From: a virus
Length of the DNA: 64,000 nucleotides
Strand: one strand, 5' to 3'
Virus record (IMG/VR): IMGVR_UViG_3300045988_101135
Span: 66,762-130,761 of that record
The notes beneath the pieces were generated by a model. It worked only from the letters and a program-made list of their open reading frames with translations, was not told the DNA's origin and did no database searches. The position numbers and the translations under genes were made by a program. Of this stretch, positions 1 through 10,906 are shown piece after piece. The first letter of the stretch is position 1. Each line of letters opens with the position of its first letter.

Positions 1-8
1 CTAATGCT

Positions 9-3000
9 GTGTTTAAGGGGTTGGATGCAGAGGATATAGCAATGCAAGCATCAAATGATATTGCTGATTATGTAAATGACAATAATTTGTTTGATGATAT
101 AAATACGTTTTATTCATTATCAAGTCAAGCTTTTGATACAGCTAATCAGTTAAGGGAATTGCGTAATGAGATTAATGATCTGAATGCTGAAATAGAGAGG
201 TTGGCTACAACTCCGAGAAGAGTAGAGGATGGCAATGATACCGAAGCAGAGGCTATAAAACAAAAAACTATTAAATACGATAATCTTAATAAGGAATATA
301 GAAGGTTGTCAGAAGATCTTCTTAGTAGTTATAAAGAAGTATTTTATTCTTTTGATCCTGGAGTATTAGCTCTTGAGTTGTTTAAATCCGAAACAATAAC
401 TGCTGAAGATATATTGAAGGCTTATGACTCTGTAGCTTCTTTAAGTACTTATATTGAGAATAATAAAGGAAAGAAAGAAGCAGAGGATTTAAGAAATATG
501 GTGGTGAAATACCAGCAAGCCATTACCCAATATAAGGTTTTACGGTCATTTATGAACTCCATACAGGATAAGAAATTCATGAGACATGATTTTTCTTTAT
601 TTTCTAAGTTCTTAAATGATATGGTATCTTCTAATACTAAATCTATAGAAAGTGATCGTTTTTACCAGACAGAGGATAATAATATCAGTTTGGATGAAAA
701 AATAGATGAGCTTCTGAATAATGGAGAAATAAATTCAGATGAAGCATTTACCATGAAAGTATTTGGTCATCTAAACGATGGTATAACTCAGAAGCCGAAA
801 GAAGATATATTGTCTGATTTTGATTATGAGTCGGCAATGGAAGATCTTTTGTCTGCACCTATAGAGGTTAAAGAACGTATCGTAGATAAGATATATACAG
901 GTAATCAAGATCTTTTATCTCCAAGGGAGAAGGAGATATATGAAAAGTATAAACAGGATATTGATGATTATATATCAAATCTTGGTGATAGTCCGGCTAA
1001 GATGATAAAAGATTTATCAGATAAAGTTAGGAGACTTACTGAACCTCGATCTGTGTATGAGGATAATAAAGCTATTATTGATATGGCTAAATCCAATTTA
1101 GAACCAGATCAAAGGAAGGAACTTGATGATGCTATTTCTTCGTATGTTGATATAATGAACAGACGGGATAAAGGGGAGAAGGTTGACGAAGATAAGCTTG
1201 CTGATTCGGTATTTACCATAGAAGATCTTGGTCAGGTTGGAAACATCACAGATCTCCTTCCTTATATTGAACAAAACAGGATTATTGACAAAGGTCGTAT
1301 TTCCGAATCTACGTTAAGTAATTTTGGGGAGGATGATGCTAATATAGATTCTCTTGTAAATGAATTAGACGAATCTGATAATACACCTGGAGCTAACATA
1401 GATAGTGCCCAGAATCCAGAGACGTTGATGGTAAGAAGAATCTCCAATGATGGCAACGAAAGGTATGAAATTGCGGGTCTTAGAGCTGATAAATTTATAT
1501 CTTCTATAAAATCATTGGTTCCTATTCAAATAAGCTCTGAAACGAACGCTAATGGTACTAAAAGGTATTCTCTTAACATAGGTGGAGAAACGGCTACTAT
1601 AATTGAACTGCCTTATCATGCGAGATGGTCTATAGACAAAGAATCGGCTCGTGTTCTTAACCGTTACACAGACGTGTCTATTCAGGACGTGGGTAATTCC
1701 TATTCTTTGGTTTATAAGCGTCTTGATTCAGATGAGTTGGTTCCGTACAGAACGGGTGTTGGATTCGGAGAGAATGAGGTAGATAAAATAGATCAGGAAG
1801 CATTATCTTCTTTGAAAAAAGGAGATAAGGTTAATCTCGAAATAGATGTAAATGATACTTATAATCAGTCTCTTTTTACCGAATACAATGACGCTGTTCA
1901 GTCCGGCGATAAAAAAAGAATAGAATCTGCTGAGAATAAACTGGTGTCCAATATGGTTATCAAGGTCATGAGTGGGAACAGATTCGTTTCTGTTGTAAAA
2001 GCTGATACAGGAGGCATAGATGGTATAAGTAAAATAAGAAGAACGGCTTTTAACAAGTGGAAGAAGGACGCCGGCCGGTCGGCTACCATCGGCGTCGGCA
2101 CGCATGTTGTTGCCCAGACCCTTCCTGGAAGACCGGTGTTTAACATGAGAGTAAACGGTCAAGGATATGGTCAGGTAGAAAATCTCCCTATTACCGAAAA
2201 AGGTGCTGAAAAAGTATCTGATGTTGGATATGTATTAAATGGCAAAGTCGTGCTTAAGAACGGATCTAAATACACAGGCTTCCCATTTGCTTATTCTATA
2301 TTAAATGACAAGGGGAATAATTACAAAAATGTAAGAGTTCCGGTAGTCGTCATCAAAGGTAAAAACGGTCTTAATTATCTTTTCCCAGTTAGCCTACGTT
2401 CTGTAGAATCAGAGGAAGGGCAGAAATGGATGTCTTTTATAGATACGCTGCTTGAATCTGGTGATTCTGAATTGCTACAGATGGGTCAAGATGACATACA
2501 AGATCTTAATGCGTATCTAACCAAGTTAGGTCTTGATCCGGCTTCGTATCAAGTATCGTATTTGAATCCTATTTCAGGGCTTAGAAAAGCTCGTGAGGCT
2601 ATAGAAAAATTATCTACGGTTCCTGATGTTGTTAAGTGGGTAGAAGATGGAAGTAGGAGCGTGAAAGACATTGTGACGTCTGAAGTAGAATCTGGAATAG
2701 ATTTCGAAGGTGAGATGTTTGTCGCTCCTAAGATCAGGATTCAGTTTGGCAAATCATCTTCCAGGCCTAAATCGCTTATAGAGGATGATCTTCCTTTCTC
2801 TGATGAGGGTAAGACCGTTACTTCTAAGGTAGAAGATGTGGAAGTTTATGAAGAGGAAATGCCAGAGGAAGGGGCTGCCCGGGAGACTCAGCCGGCGCCA
2901 TTAGCTCAGCCGGCTCCTGCGGCACAAGCTACGCAGTCTTTACCTGGCAAGAAGCGTACCTCCAGGAAAAACTTCTCTCTTATGTTAAACGAAATAGAAT

Positions 3001-4580
3001 CTCATATAGAAAAAGAAGGATTGCCGTCTTATGCTAATATTTTTGATTTTATAGCAAGGAAGATTGTAGGAGGTGATTTGAGGTTTCTTCGTGAGAGAGG
3101 TAATCCTAAAAGCCTTAAGGAAGAAATGGGATTAGAACCTAAAGGAACAGTAGGTGATAAAATATCCACTCCTTCCAGTAAAGGTGGTAAGACCTTAGAA
3201 GAATACGTTTCTTGGCTTCGTTCTCAAACAGATCAGGTGGTGGTTGATTATGTTGGGCCAAGATCTGACGAACAAATTATATCAGAGTTGAAAAACTTTT
3301 TGAAATATATTAATTTTGTTCCAAGCAAGGCTTTGAATTATTCTCTTAGAGTCAATGGCATGGATACCCTAAAAGAATATGGCACAAAAGAGGAAGTAGA
3401 AAAAATGGAATCTGATATCAATAGTTTGGTTTCTAAAGTTTTGCCTACGGTGGACAACCAAACTATAGAAGATGTTTCTACTGCAATAAAATCAAACAAC
3501 TTGCCTGCCATATGGGAGCCCGTGGAAAGCCTTGATATGACAAACGAGGAAAAAATAGAGTTTTTGAATAACGTAGCAGATTTCCTTAGCGGCATACCAG
3601 AGTATGATGCTGTCGTGGAGTCTATAGAGTCAGAATCAGATAATATTTTAAATGATGGAAAAGAAGGAAGTGCAGAAGGCGGTGCAGTACGCACTGAGGA
3701 AGATGGCGATAAAAAGGGAGATGGAGAAGGCAAAGGACAATCCAGAACAAATGTCGAAGTTAAAGGAAATATCGAATTACCTGGATATGAAGAAGGAAGA
3801 GTAGATAACTATAGGAAGAACGGAGATAAGTTCTCTGACATTGCTGAAGTCACTTTATGGCTACTTAGAAGGGCTGCCGGCATAACCTCTATCCCGGAAG
3901 GAGAAGAGGTTTATGTAGAGGGAGATGAGGTTAATAGTATTATGACCGATATGGAATCAAGGTATGGTATAGACACCATCAATCACTCGCATACGACTAA
4001 GGTTATAAGGGATCTTAACGGCGTATCAGGTTATAAAGTAGAATACGGCTTAACCTTTTTGACATACGATCCTTTTATTAGGATATCCAATCCAAGGGAA
4101 GAATATAAGGCTGCGAAAGACGAGCCTCGTATATCCGAAGAACCTCTTACTCACATATCAAGGGTGACAACCCCTTATTTCCTGTACGGCGGTGATGAAG
4201 CATATACATCTGTTCCGGCTAAGGTAGAACCTATACCGGAGAAGATAATGGGTCGTAATGGCATTAAATTTGGTATGAGTGTAGTCGAGTTAACCAAATT
4301 AGGGTACAAAAAAGCTGGTGGAAACTGGATATATAAATTCTATATGAACTCAGGTGTGTATGATTTGTATAATATCAGTACCGGTGAAGCGTTTAGGGCA
4401 AAACCGGATCTTGGAGTTAAGATAAGTTCCAGTGCATTCATCCGCTCTTTATCTCAATCTGGTAGAAAAATACAAAATATGATGAGTAATATGAGCCAGG
4501 AAGAGATAGATAGGAATAAGAATCTCGTAGAAGGTTCTGATAATTCGGATTCGATAAATGAGTTAAATAAGGAGTGTTGA
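9..4580 (+). CDS. giant hypothetical protein, N-terminally truncated by window edge (>=1523 aa)
   Basis: Uninterrupted ORF; frame is open upstream to position 3 so the true start lies outside the window. Pro/Ala-rich linker (PAPLAQPAPAAQ). No catalytic motif recognised. Confidence 0.7.
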   Translation: MFKGLDAEDIAMQASNDIADYVNDNNLFDDINTFYSLSSQAFDTANQLRELRNEINDLNAEIERLATTPRRVEDGNDTEAEAIKQKTIKYDNLNKEYRRLSEDLLSSYKEVFYSFDPGVLALELFKSETITAEDILKAYDSVASLSTYIENNKGKKEAEDLRNMVVKYQQAITQYKVLRSFMNSIQDKKFMRHDFSLFSKFLNDMVSSNTKSIESDRFYQTEDNNISLDEKIDELLNNGEINSDEAFTMKVFGHLNDGITQKPKEDILSDFDYESAMEDLLSAPIEVKERIVDKIYTGNQDLLSPREKEIYEKYKQDIDDYISNLGDSPAKMIKDLSDKVRRLTEPRSVYEDNKAIIDMAKSNLEPDQRKELDDAISSYVDIMNRRDKGEKVDEDKLADSVFTIEDLGQVGNITDLLPYIEQNRIIDKGRISESTLSNFGEDDANIDSLVNELDESDNTPGANIDSAQNPETLMVRRISNDGNERYEIAGLRADKFISSIKSLVPIQISSETNANGTKRYSLNIGGETATIIELPYHARWSIDKESARVLNRYTDVSIQDVGNSYSLVYKRLDSDELVPYRTGVGFGENEVDKIDQEALSSLKKGDKVNLEIDVNDTYNQSLFTEYNDAVQSGDKKRIESAENKLVSNMVIKVMSGNRFVSVVKADTGGIDGISKIRRTAFNKWKKDAGRSATIGVGTHVVAQTLPGRPVFNMRVNGQGYGQVENLPITEKGAEKVSDVGYVLNGKVVLKNGSKYTGFPFAYSILNDKGNNYKNVRVPVVVIKGKNGLNYLFPVSLRSVESEEGQKWMSFIDTLLESGDSELLQMGQDDIQDLNAYLTKLGLDPASYQVSYLNPISGLRKAREAIEKLSTVPDVVKWVEDGSRSVKDIVTSEVESGIDFEGEMFVAPKIRIQFGKSSSRPKSLIEDDLPFSDEGKTVTSKVEDVEVYEEEMPEEGAARETQPAPLAQPAPAAQATQSLPGKKRTSRKNFSLMLNEIESHIEKEGLPSYANIFDFIARKIVGGDLRFLRERGNPKSLKEEMGLEPKGTVGDKISTPSSKGGKTLEEYVSWLRSQTDQVVVDYVGPRSDEQIISELKNFLKYINFVPSKALNYSLRVNGMDTLKEYGTKEEVEKMESDINSLVSKVLPTVDNQTIEDVSTAIKSNNLPAIWEPVESLDMTNEEKIEFLNNVADFLSGIPEYDAVVESIESESDNILNDGKEGSAEGGAVRTEEDGDKKGDGEGKGQSRTNVEVKGNIELPGYEEGRVDNYRKNGDKFSDIAEVTLWLLRRAAGITSIPEGEEVYVEGDEVNSIMTDMESRYGIDTINHSHTTKVIRDLNGVSGYKVEYGLTFLTYDPFIRISNPREEYKAAKDEPRISEEPLTHISRVTTPYFLYGGDEAYTSVPAKVEPIPEKIMGRNGIKFGMSVVELTKLGYKKAGGNWIYKFYMNSGVYDLYNISTGEAFRAKPDLGVKISSSAFIRSLSQSGRKIQNMMSNMSQEEIDRNKNLVEGSDNSDSINELNKEC

Positions 4581-4582
4581 GT

Positions 4583-5113
4583 ATGAGAAGGAGATTTTTT
4601 AATGCTGCGGATAATTTCGTGGGAGGATGTTATAATAAGTTATCCAATGAAGATATAAAAAGGCTTGGAGGAAAAAGACCTTATGTATGTCAGTTTAATA
4701 AAATTCATATACATATAGGACCTGTATTAAAAGATCATGATTCTGATGTTAGTTACATAATGTTTAATAGTAATTGGAATTATGGTGGTTATGAATCTAT
4801 GGTTTATAATCATAGCAATAATGGTATTTTTATATTAGGTGAAAACAAAATTGGTAACATAGAAGATCATATACAAGATCTAACATATTGGTACGAATAT
4901 GATCCAAGCATTAATGAAAATTATTGTTATTTTTATTATGAGGCTAATAACAGCGGAAATGCTATCAAGTTGAATGGTGAGTTTGGTGATACCAGTACTG
5001 TTTTCAACATTCCCAGCTTGGAAGTCACCACTCTTCGTGATGGCAGTTTGAGTTTTCCGGAGATTTATATAGAAGGAATTTGGGATCCGTCATTGTATAA
5101 GTCGGTTTTATAA
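4583..5113 (+). CDS. MRRRF-family small protein A (176 aa)
   Basis: ATG at 4583 preceded by aaggag; the track ORF starts at GTG 4574. N-terminus is MRRRFF. A C-terminal block EYDPSINENY...NG..G is shared with the ORF at 21329. Confidence 0.6.
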   Translation: MRRRFFNAADNFVGGCYNKLSNEDIKRLGGKRPYVCQFNKIHIHIGPVLKDHDSDVSYIMFNSNWNYGGYESMVYNHSNNGIFILGENKIGNIEDHIQDLTYWYEYDPSINENYCYFYYEANNSGNAIKLNGEFGDTSTVFNIPSLEVTTLRDGSLSFPEIYIEGIWDPSLYKSVL

Positions 5114-5139
5114 TTAACTTTGCAAAAAAGTTAATTACA

Positions 5140-7398
5140 ATGGGTGTCAAATGTCAGATAGAAAAAAAGGAAAATGAAATAAAACGGGTTAAGGCTCCTA
5201 ACGGGGAGCCTTCCGTTCTTTACGAAAGTGCTTTAAAAGTATTAGGAAACAGCGAGCGGGCCCTTCAGGTATGGGCTAAGGCTTACACTCCTGGTTTTTT
5301 GTCGTATTACGGTCATTGGAACAACCCGGCTCCAGGGGAGATGTTTAACACCGATCCCAATGGCGAACCTCTTTTAGAAGACGTGCTGTCGTATATGAAG
5401 CGTCAGACTTATTTTGCTGATCCTTTAACGGCTCAGGATGTTAAGGATGTAAGGGATTTCCTTTTGTCTACTCATTATTTTTTCAATGCGTCTTCATTGT
5501 CTAATGCTATTCTCTTCGATTTTTATGTAGATGGCAGTTTGATACTGAATGAGCAGAAATTAAGGAGATCCGGTTTGTATGATGAAACAGAAATAAGTCG
5601 TATTTTATCCGATCCTTCTGTTTTAAACGAGGTTTCGACTTCCATGAGAAAGTTAATAGATTCTTCTATTAACGAACATGATAGGGAAAAAGATAATTAT
5701 TTTATGTCTATTGACTATCAGTATGGTCCTATTGTTTACAAGGAGGGAGTGTTTAACCAATTTGGTAAAAAAGTACCATATAATCCTTCTGAGCTTTATT
5801 ATGCTATGCGTAAAACAGTAGCCGGCATAAAAAACTTTTCTGAATTTTCATCTGCTTTTGAATCGTTGAGAAATTCATATCCTGAACTGGTTGAGAAATT
5901 CGTTTCTGATAAAGAATTTGCCGAATCTATGTTTGATGAGTTCTCATCTACGAATAAGATTCCGGTAATAAACATAGAAGGGGATGATGTGGTGGAAGGC
6001 AAGAGAAGATCTTTGTCTAAGCTACAAGATCTTTCTTATTACAATTCCGGCAAAATAGAGTTCCTAAGAGCTCGTATATCAGCTTATTTACATAGGGCTA
6101 ATGCCGACACCGAATCCGATTTAAGAAGCATGATATGGGATATAGAAGAGGCTTGTACGTGGTTTGGCATAGATATAATAGGGACATCGGAAACTTATGA
6201 TGGCACAGAAGAATCTTTGAATAAGATAGATAATTTGATGCTGGATCTTGATATTTATGTGGCCAGGCATAATGATGTAAATTATGCTCCAGCGCTGGCA
6301 TCTTCTATAGATGATGTTCTTGGTGATAGTACAGACTATTATTTTGGATTATTGCCGGAGTATATGGATAATTTGAATATCGTTTATTCTGAATCCGATA
6401 TAGACCCAGTAGAGGCATTTGAGAAACATTCATTGCTCAAGGTAGGAGATAATCTATATCAAAGGATCAGCAAAGATGATCTTAACGAGATGTATCAAAT
6501 ATCAACAGTATTAGCCAAGCACAACCTAACTCATTTTTCTACTAAAATATATCCTGAATCTTGTTTTAAGAACGGCGTTTTGGATAAAGAGAAAGTACGG
6601 AACGTAGATAATAATACGCTCATGGCTTCCATTAAAAAATACGTCAGATCGTTCATGGATTCTCAGAACACAGAGGACATGATAATGACCAGGATGGCGT
6701 TTGGGCACCCTGCGGTACTTGACGTTCCTTACGTGGATGTGGATCGGGAGTATAGTCGATACATGAACAAAAAACAAGATAGCGAAAACCCATTATCCTT
6801 ATTCGATTTATACCAATCTTACCTTGACAACAAACTCCATAAAACAAAATTATATGATAATGCCTATAAGTATCTTGACTTCAAACCTGGTCCATCTTTG
6901 GGTCTTATTTCTGATGATCCTGATATTTTGAAATCAATAGAATTATCTTTATCTGGAAAAGACAGGTTGATGTTGTTTGATTATAGCATGACCAGTACCG
7001 ACCCTTCTTTATCAGAATTGTTTTATTTGGAGAGGTATGACCCTTCGTATGCTGGGAATGATTTTGAACACTATTTTTACACCAGGCACCCGTATTTGTT
7101 AAAAGAAAAATCGGGTTCTAATATCGTAGAGCAAGATGGTGTTATAACAGCAGAAGGTATTTATGATAATTTTATAAGAGTAGGTAATAAGATATGGTCT
7201 AAAGTAAGCGAGAGTAGTTCCGGCTCTATCTACCAAAATCTAACAGGAACCGAATCGGAGGTGAAATACGATTCTACTCAGAAGGCTAAGACGGTAGAAA
7301 CCGATTACGCTCCATACCAAAACAGATCTGGCTTGACGCAAGATATGACCGTAAGCAAGTCTGAATTGGATGATCTTAATAAATTGGAATGCAAATAA
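5140..7398 (+). CDS. hypothetical protein (752 aa)
   Basis: Long ORF co-oriented with the giant ORFs; no recognisable domain. Confidence 0.65.
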   Translation: MGVKCQIEKKENEIKRVKAPNGEPSVLYESALKVLGNSERALQVWAKAYTPGFLSYYGHWNNPAPGEMFNTDPNGEPLLEDVLSYMKRQTYFADPLTAQDVKDVRDFLLSTHYFFNASSLSNAILFDFYVDGSLILNEQKLRRSGLYDETEISRILSDPSVLNEVSTSMRKLIDSSINEHDREKDNYFMSIDYQYGPIVYKEGVFNQFGKKVPYNPSELYYAMRKTVAGIKNFSEFSSAFESLRNSYPELVEKFVSDKEFAESMFDEFSSTNKIPVINIEGDDVVEGKRRSLSKLQDLSYYNSGKIEFLRARISAYLHRANADTESDLRSMIWDIEEACTWFGIDIIGTSETYDGTEESLNKIDNLMLDLDIYVARHNDVNYAPALASSIDDVLGDSTDYYFGLLPEYMDNLNIVYSESDIDPVEAFEKHSLLKVGDNLYQRISKDDLNEMYQISTVLAKHNLTHFSTKIYPESCFKNGVLDKEKVRNVDNNTLMASIKKYVRSFMDSQNTEDMIMTRMAFGHPAVLDVPYVDVDREYSRYMNKKQDSENPLSLFDLYQSYLDNKLHKTKLYDNAYKYLDFKPGPSLGLISDDPDILKSIELSLSGKDRLMLFDYSMTSTDPSLSELFYLERYDPSYAGNDFEHYFYTRHPYLLKEKSGSNIVEQDGVITAEGIYDNFIRVGNKIWSKVSESSSGSIYQNLTGTESEVKYDSTQKAKTVETDYAPYQNRSGLTQDMTVSKSELDDLNKLECK

Positions 7399-7442
7399 TT
7401 TTTGTATATATATAATATATTTTTTCATAATTACGATTTGGG

Positions 7443-7472
7443 AAGTGAGGCTTGTGAAAGTCTCACTTTTCT
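7443..7472 (+). terminator. hairpin (7-8 bp stem aagtgagg/tctcactt) followed by ttctc
   Basis: Inverted repeat 45 nt downstream of the 752-aa ORF stop; weak T tract. Confidence 0.35.
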
Positions 7473-7987
7473 CATATATGTACGTATATCAATAACATAC
7501 AAGAAAAGTTAGATTTTCATTGTTTATGAATTATTTTTGTTAAATTTGCGATATTAGTTTCAGGAAGGGATTATAGAAATAGGAAAAAGTAAGAACCGGA
7601 CGTAACTAATAACAGTAGGAAATGAGAATCAGTACCATCAAACGTAACAACAGCATTCATATTATGTATAAAAACATTATGAATGATTTAGGTCAATTAA
7701 GAACTGTAGTTTCAAAATCCTATATTTATAATCTGATACAAAATCAAACCGGATTAAGTATCAAAACTATATCCCATGTACTTAACCATACCAAAGAATA
7801 GGATACGGATTCTTTGTGAAAAGCATATATTTTCATACATTTGTTCGTTCTTTAGTTTTAGTAGGGAAAAGTTTTTCATGGTATTTTAGTTTAGATTAGT
7901 TGAGGCAGGATTCGCAGTGATGCGGATCCTGTTTTGATTTACAGCGCTTTACCCAAAAAAGAAAAGCGAAAGTTGCTGATTATCAAT

Positions 7988-8009
7988 TTTTCCCCATAAA
8001 TGGGGAAAA
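7988..8009. promoter_or_regulatory. perfect palindrome ttttcccca-taaa-tggggaaaa in a 750-nt leader
   Basis: 9-bp perfect inverted repeat with a 4-nt loop and no flanking U-run; lies in the long non-coding stretch 7399-8153. Confidence 0.3.
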
Positions 8010-8153
8010 CTACTCGTTGTATATTATATTTCCGTTTTTACTGAAAATCCTTCCATTTTATCGGAAACAAACTCAGCCTTGTTCCACCCTGCAATCATGA
8101 TCTTTGTTACGTGCTTCATGCACGTATGTTTAACAATTAAATACTATAAAATT

Positions 8154-9161
8154 ATGGGTGGTGATAAAATCGTCCTTTTAGATGGAGCCGGGGCTAACGG
8201 TGGTGGTGCAGCCACTAACGGTCTTCTTTCAATGATTCCCGGCATGTTTGCTAATTTGATAGGTGGTAATAAAATGGATCCGAATCTGGTGGCGGCTTTG
8301 ATGAACGGTCGTAACAACCAGGACGGTTTCGGTGGGGCTAACGGTTGGTGGCTCTGGATAATTGTTTTGTTCTGGCTGTGGGGTGGACGCGGCTTCGGTA
8401 ACGGTTTTGGAAATGGCGGTGATTGTTGTGCCAATGGTTTGCCGGCTCAGTTGAATAACGATTACGGTCGTGAACTTTTGATGCAGGCAATTCAAGGTAA
8501 TCGTAGCGCCATAGATCAGATTGCTTCTGCTTTGAACTGTTCTACTACTCAACTTCAGAACGCTATCTGCAACGTACAGGGTGCTATTGATAAAGTAGCT
8601 GGTCAGGTAGGTATGACTTCTCAGGCTGTTATCAACGCAGTTCAACAACAAGGTTGTGAAATAGGAAATCAAATCAGCTCTTGCTGCTGCAATCTGAGTT
8701 CGTTGATCAATCAAAGCACTTGCCAGACTCAGGGAATGATTACTCAGCAAGGTTTTGATAACCAGCTTCGCATGTTGGAACAAACCAATGTCTTGCAGAA
8801 CGGTCTCAACCAAGGTCTGGCTAACAATCGTGAGCAAGCTACAAGCCAATTCAATATCTTGTCTGCGAAACTTGACGCCCAAACCGTTATGATCAACGAC
8901 AAATTCTGTCAGTTGGAAATGAGGGAAATGCAGAACACTATTGCTCAACTTCGTGAAGAAAAAGCGGCTTTGACAGCTTCGGCATTATCTCAGCAACAAA
9001 CCCAGAATATCGTTGGTCAATTACGCCCGACGGCCGTCCCGGCCTACCCCTCTTGTTCTCCTTACCAGGCTTATACTTGGGGACAGGTATTCGGAGGAGG
9101 TTGCTGTAATAACGGATGCGGATGTAACAACGGATGTTGCAATAACAACGCTGCTGTCTGA
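8154..9161 (+). CDS. Gly/Gln/Asn/Cys-rich low-complexity protein with one hydrophobic segment
   Basis: ATG at 8154 (track ORF starts at TTG 8079). Contains GGGAATNG, WWLWIIVLFWLWGG, Q/N-rich heptad-like stretches, and the C-terminus GGGCCNNGCGCNNGCCNNNAAV. Confidence 0.5.
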   Translation: MGGDKIVLLDGAGANGGGAATNGLLSMIPGMFANLIGGNKMDPNLVAALMNGRNNQDGFGGANGWWLWIIVLFWLWGGRGFGNGFGNGGDCCANGLPAQLNNDYGRELLMQAIQGNRSAIDQIASALNCSTTQLQNAICNVQGAIDKVAGQVGMTSQAVINAVQQQGCEIGNQISSCCCNLSSLINQSTCQTQGMITQQGFDNQLRMLEQTNVLQNGLNQGLANNREQATSQFNILSAKLDAQTVMINDKFCQLEMREMQNTIAQLREEKAALTASALSQQQTQNIVGQLRPTAVPAYPSCSPYQAYTWGQVFGGGCCNNGCGCNNGCCNNNAAV

Positions 9162-9184
9162 TTTTATTAAGAAAGGAGGCTAAT

Positions 9185-9598
9185 ATGGCTTGTGTTTCTA
9201 AAATAGGATCGTTGTATGAGATGGTTACGAAGAATGTTATTGTCAGTACGACAAATACAGTCTTCGGTATTAACCCACGGGCTTGGATCGCCCTTCCGTG
9301 TGAGGGTCTTATCCTTCTTAAGATAAGGCAAGTAGTCCCCACAGCCGGAAGTGCTCTACCGGTACAGATTGCGGTCCCGGCAAACAGCACAGTTTCAACA
9401 GTAGGAGCCGACACCTGTTGCCCGGTTACGGGAGTGAATGTCGTGAACCCTATTAACGTAGCTGTCACGGGTGCTGCTATGGTAAATGGCACAGAACGCC
9501 TTCTGTACTTCAATAAAGTTCGTGGCGTGTTAAGATTAATGGATTGTTGTGTTCCGACAACAACAGCCCAGGCGTCTGAAGTTAAAGCAGGTAAATGA
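9185..9598 (+). CDS. hypothetical protein (137 aa)
   Basis: ORF preceded by gaaaggagg (SD-like); Thr/Val-rich. Confidence 0.55.
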   Translation: MACVSKIGSLYEMVTKNVIVSTTNTVFGINPRAWIALPCEGLILLKIRQVVPTAGSALPVQIAVPANSTVSTVGADTCCPVTGVNVVNPINVAVTGAAMVNGTERLLYFNKVRGVLRLMDCCVPTTTAQASEVKAGK

Positions 9599-9605
9599 TT
9601 TCAGT

Positions 9606-9634
9606 AGGGTGATGAAGATCATCACCCTATTTTC
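9606..9634 (+). terminator. hairpin agggtgatg-aagat-catcaccct followed by atttt
   Basis: 9-bp perfect stem just after the 9598 stop. Confidence 0.35.
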
Positions 9635-9648
9635 ACCTAACTAATATT

Positions 9649-10143
9649 TTGATCATGTTTTCAGATTTGAAGAAAGGGTTTCAGGTACATACCCTTGATA
9701 CTAATACAGTACCTAAATACGAATTGGGAAAGGTAGTAGCCGTATCCGAACCCAGGTATCTTCCTCCTCAGCCAGGTCAGTATCAGGCGATGCAGACCCG
9801 CGTGGTGGATCTGACGGTAGAGCTCACTGGCGAAACCAAGACCTATACGGTCCCGGAATCCCAGAATGTGGCTAAGGCTATGGGCATAACATTATCTACC
9901 AGCATAGATCCGATTATGAACGAACTGAATGCTATAAAAAACACCAGTCAAGACATAATAAACAGCGTAGATGCCCATCGTGCCAAGATAGAGGCTTGTG
10001 AATCTATATTAGAAGACATCAATCCGGCATTCAAACAAACGAGAGAGCAGGATCGTAAAATAGCTGGTATAGAAAATAAGGTGAATGACCTTACTGATTC
10101 ATTCGAAGATTTAAAGAAGTTAATTGTAGAACGTTTGAAATAA
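9649..10143 (+). CDS. hypothetical protein (164 aa)
   Basis: ORF in the co-oriented array; C-terminal half predicted helical. Confidence 0.5.
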   Translation: MIMFSDLKKGFQVHTLDTNTVPKYELGKVVAVSEPRYLPPQPGQYQAMQTRVVDLTVELTGETKTYTVPESQNVAKAMGITLSTSIDPIMNELNAIKNTSQDIINSVDAHRAKIEACESILEDINPAFKQTREQDRKIAGIENKVNDLTDSFEDLKKLIVERLK

Positions 10144-10150
10144 GTGTAAT

Positions 10151-10519
10151 ATGATAGTATATGATTTAAATTCAGGACACAGAGAATATCCTGGATATGA
10201 CGAGATAGAAGACAGACGAGGTGGAGGCAGAGGCAGAAGCCGGCGTTCTGATGGGACGTACATGGGGTACGGTGGTGGTATTTACGACCATTACGGTATG
10301 CATGAGAAGATGAAGGAAATGGAAGAACGCGAAAACGAGCTGGAAGAAAGGGAAAGAAGGCTTGAAGAGCGCGAACGTCGTCATGAAATGGAGGACCGGG
10401 AATACCGGAGGATGGGTTACGAATCCTACCCGACCGATTACTATGGAGACGACAGATACTACGGTGACGGACCTCAGATGCGTAGAGGTCGCGGACGTGG
10501 CAGAGGTCGTTCTTATTGA
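10151..10519 (+). CDS. RG/RGG- and Glu/Arg-repeat protein (122 aa)
   Basis: GGGRGRSRR at the N-terminus, an EERENELEERERRLEERERRHE repeat, and RRGRGRGRGRSY at the C-terminus; resembles disordered nucleic-acid-binding proteins. Confidence 0.45.
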   Translation: MIVYDLNSGHREYPGYDEIEDRRGGGRGRSRRSDGTYMGYGGGIYDHYGMHEKMKEMEERENELEERERRLEERERRHEMEDREYRRMGYESYPTDYYGDDRYYGDGPQMRRGRGRGRGRSY

Positions 10520-10612
10520 GGAGCAGACGCAGAGGATCCAGCTTATCAGAAATATGTAGATACTTACGGCTACCATTTTTCTAATGCTCTCGCTGATGAG
10601 GCGGTAAAGAAG

Positions 10613-10906
10613 ATGGTCAACGTCGATGGATCCAAGAGGATCTGGAAGCAGCCGGAAATAAAAGATATTTTTGAAAAGTGCGGAGCGAAGAAGCCGGATA
10701 AAGCGACATGGGGCGATGTCCAATATGTCTTTGCAATGTACTATTCGGATGGTTTTCCGAAGGTCTTCAAATGTGAGAACGAGTTGGTGAAAGCTACGTT
10801 AATGTATTTGGATGATCCGGATGCTCCCGAAGGAGTAGCCTTTATAAGATGGCTTGCCGTGCAAGATTACCTCGGCGAAAAAATAAACTGGAAGGATCTG
10901 ACCTGA
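10613..10906 (+). CDS. hypothetical protein (97 aa)
   Basis: ORF in the array. Confidence 0.45.
   Translation: MVNVDGSKRIWKQPEIKDIFEKCGAKKPDKATWGDVQYVFAMYYSDGFPKVFKCENELVKATLMYLDDPDAPEGVAFIRWLAVQDYLGEKINWKDLT

Noticed and set aside
8229-8948. Minus-strand 239-aa ORF antisense to the Gly/Gln/Cys-rich gene
   Set aside because: It is a mirror-frame artefact of a low-complexity region inside a plus-strand block; the sense frame has the start context and continuity.
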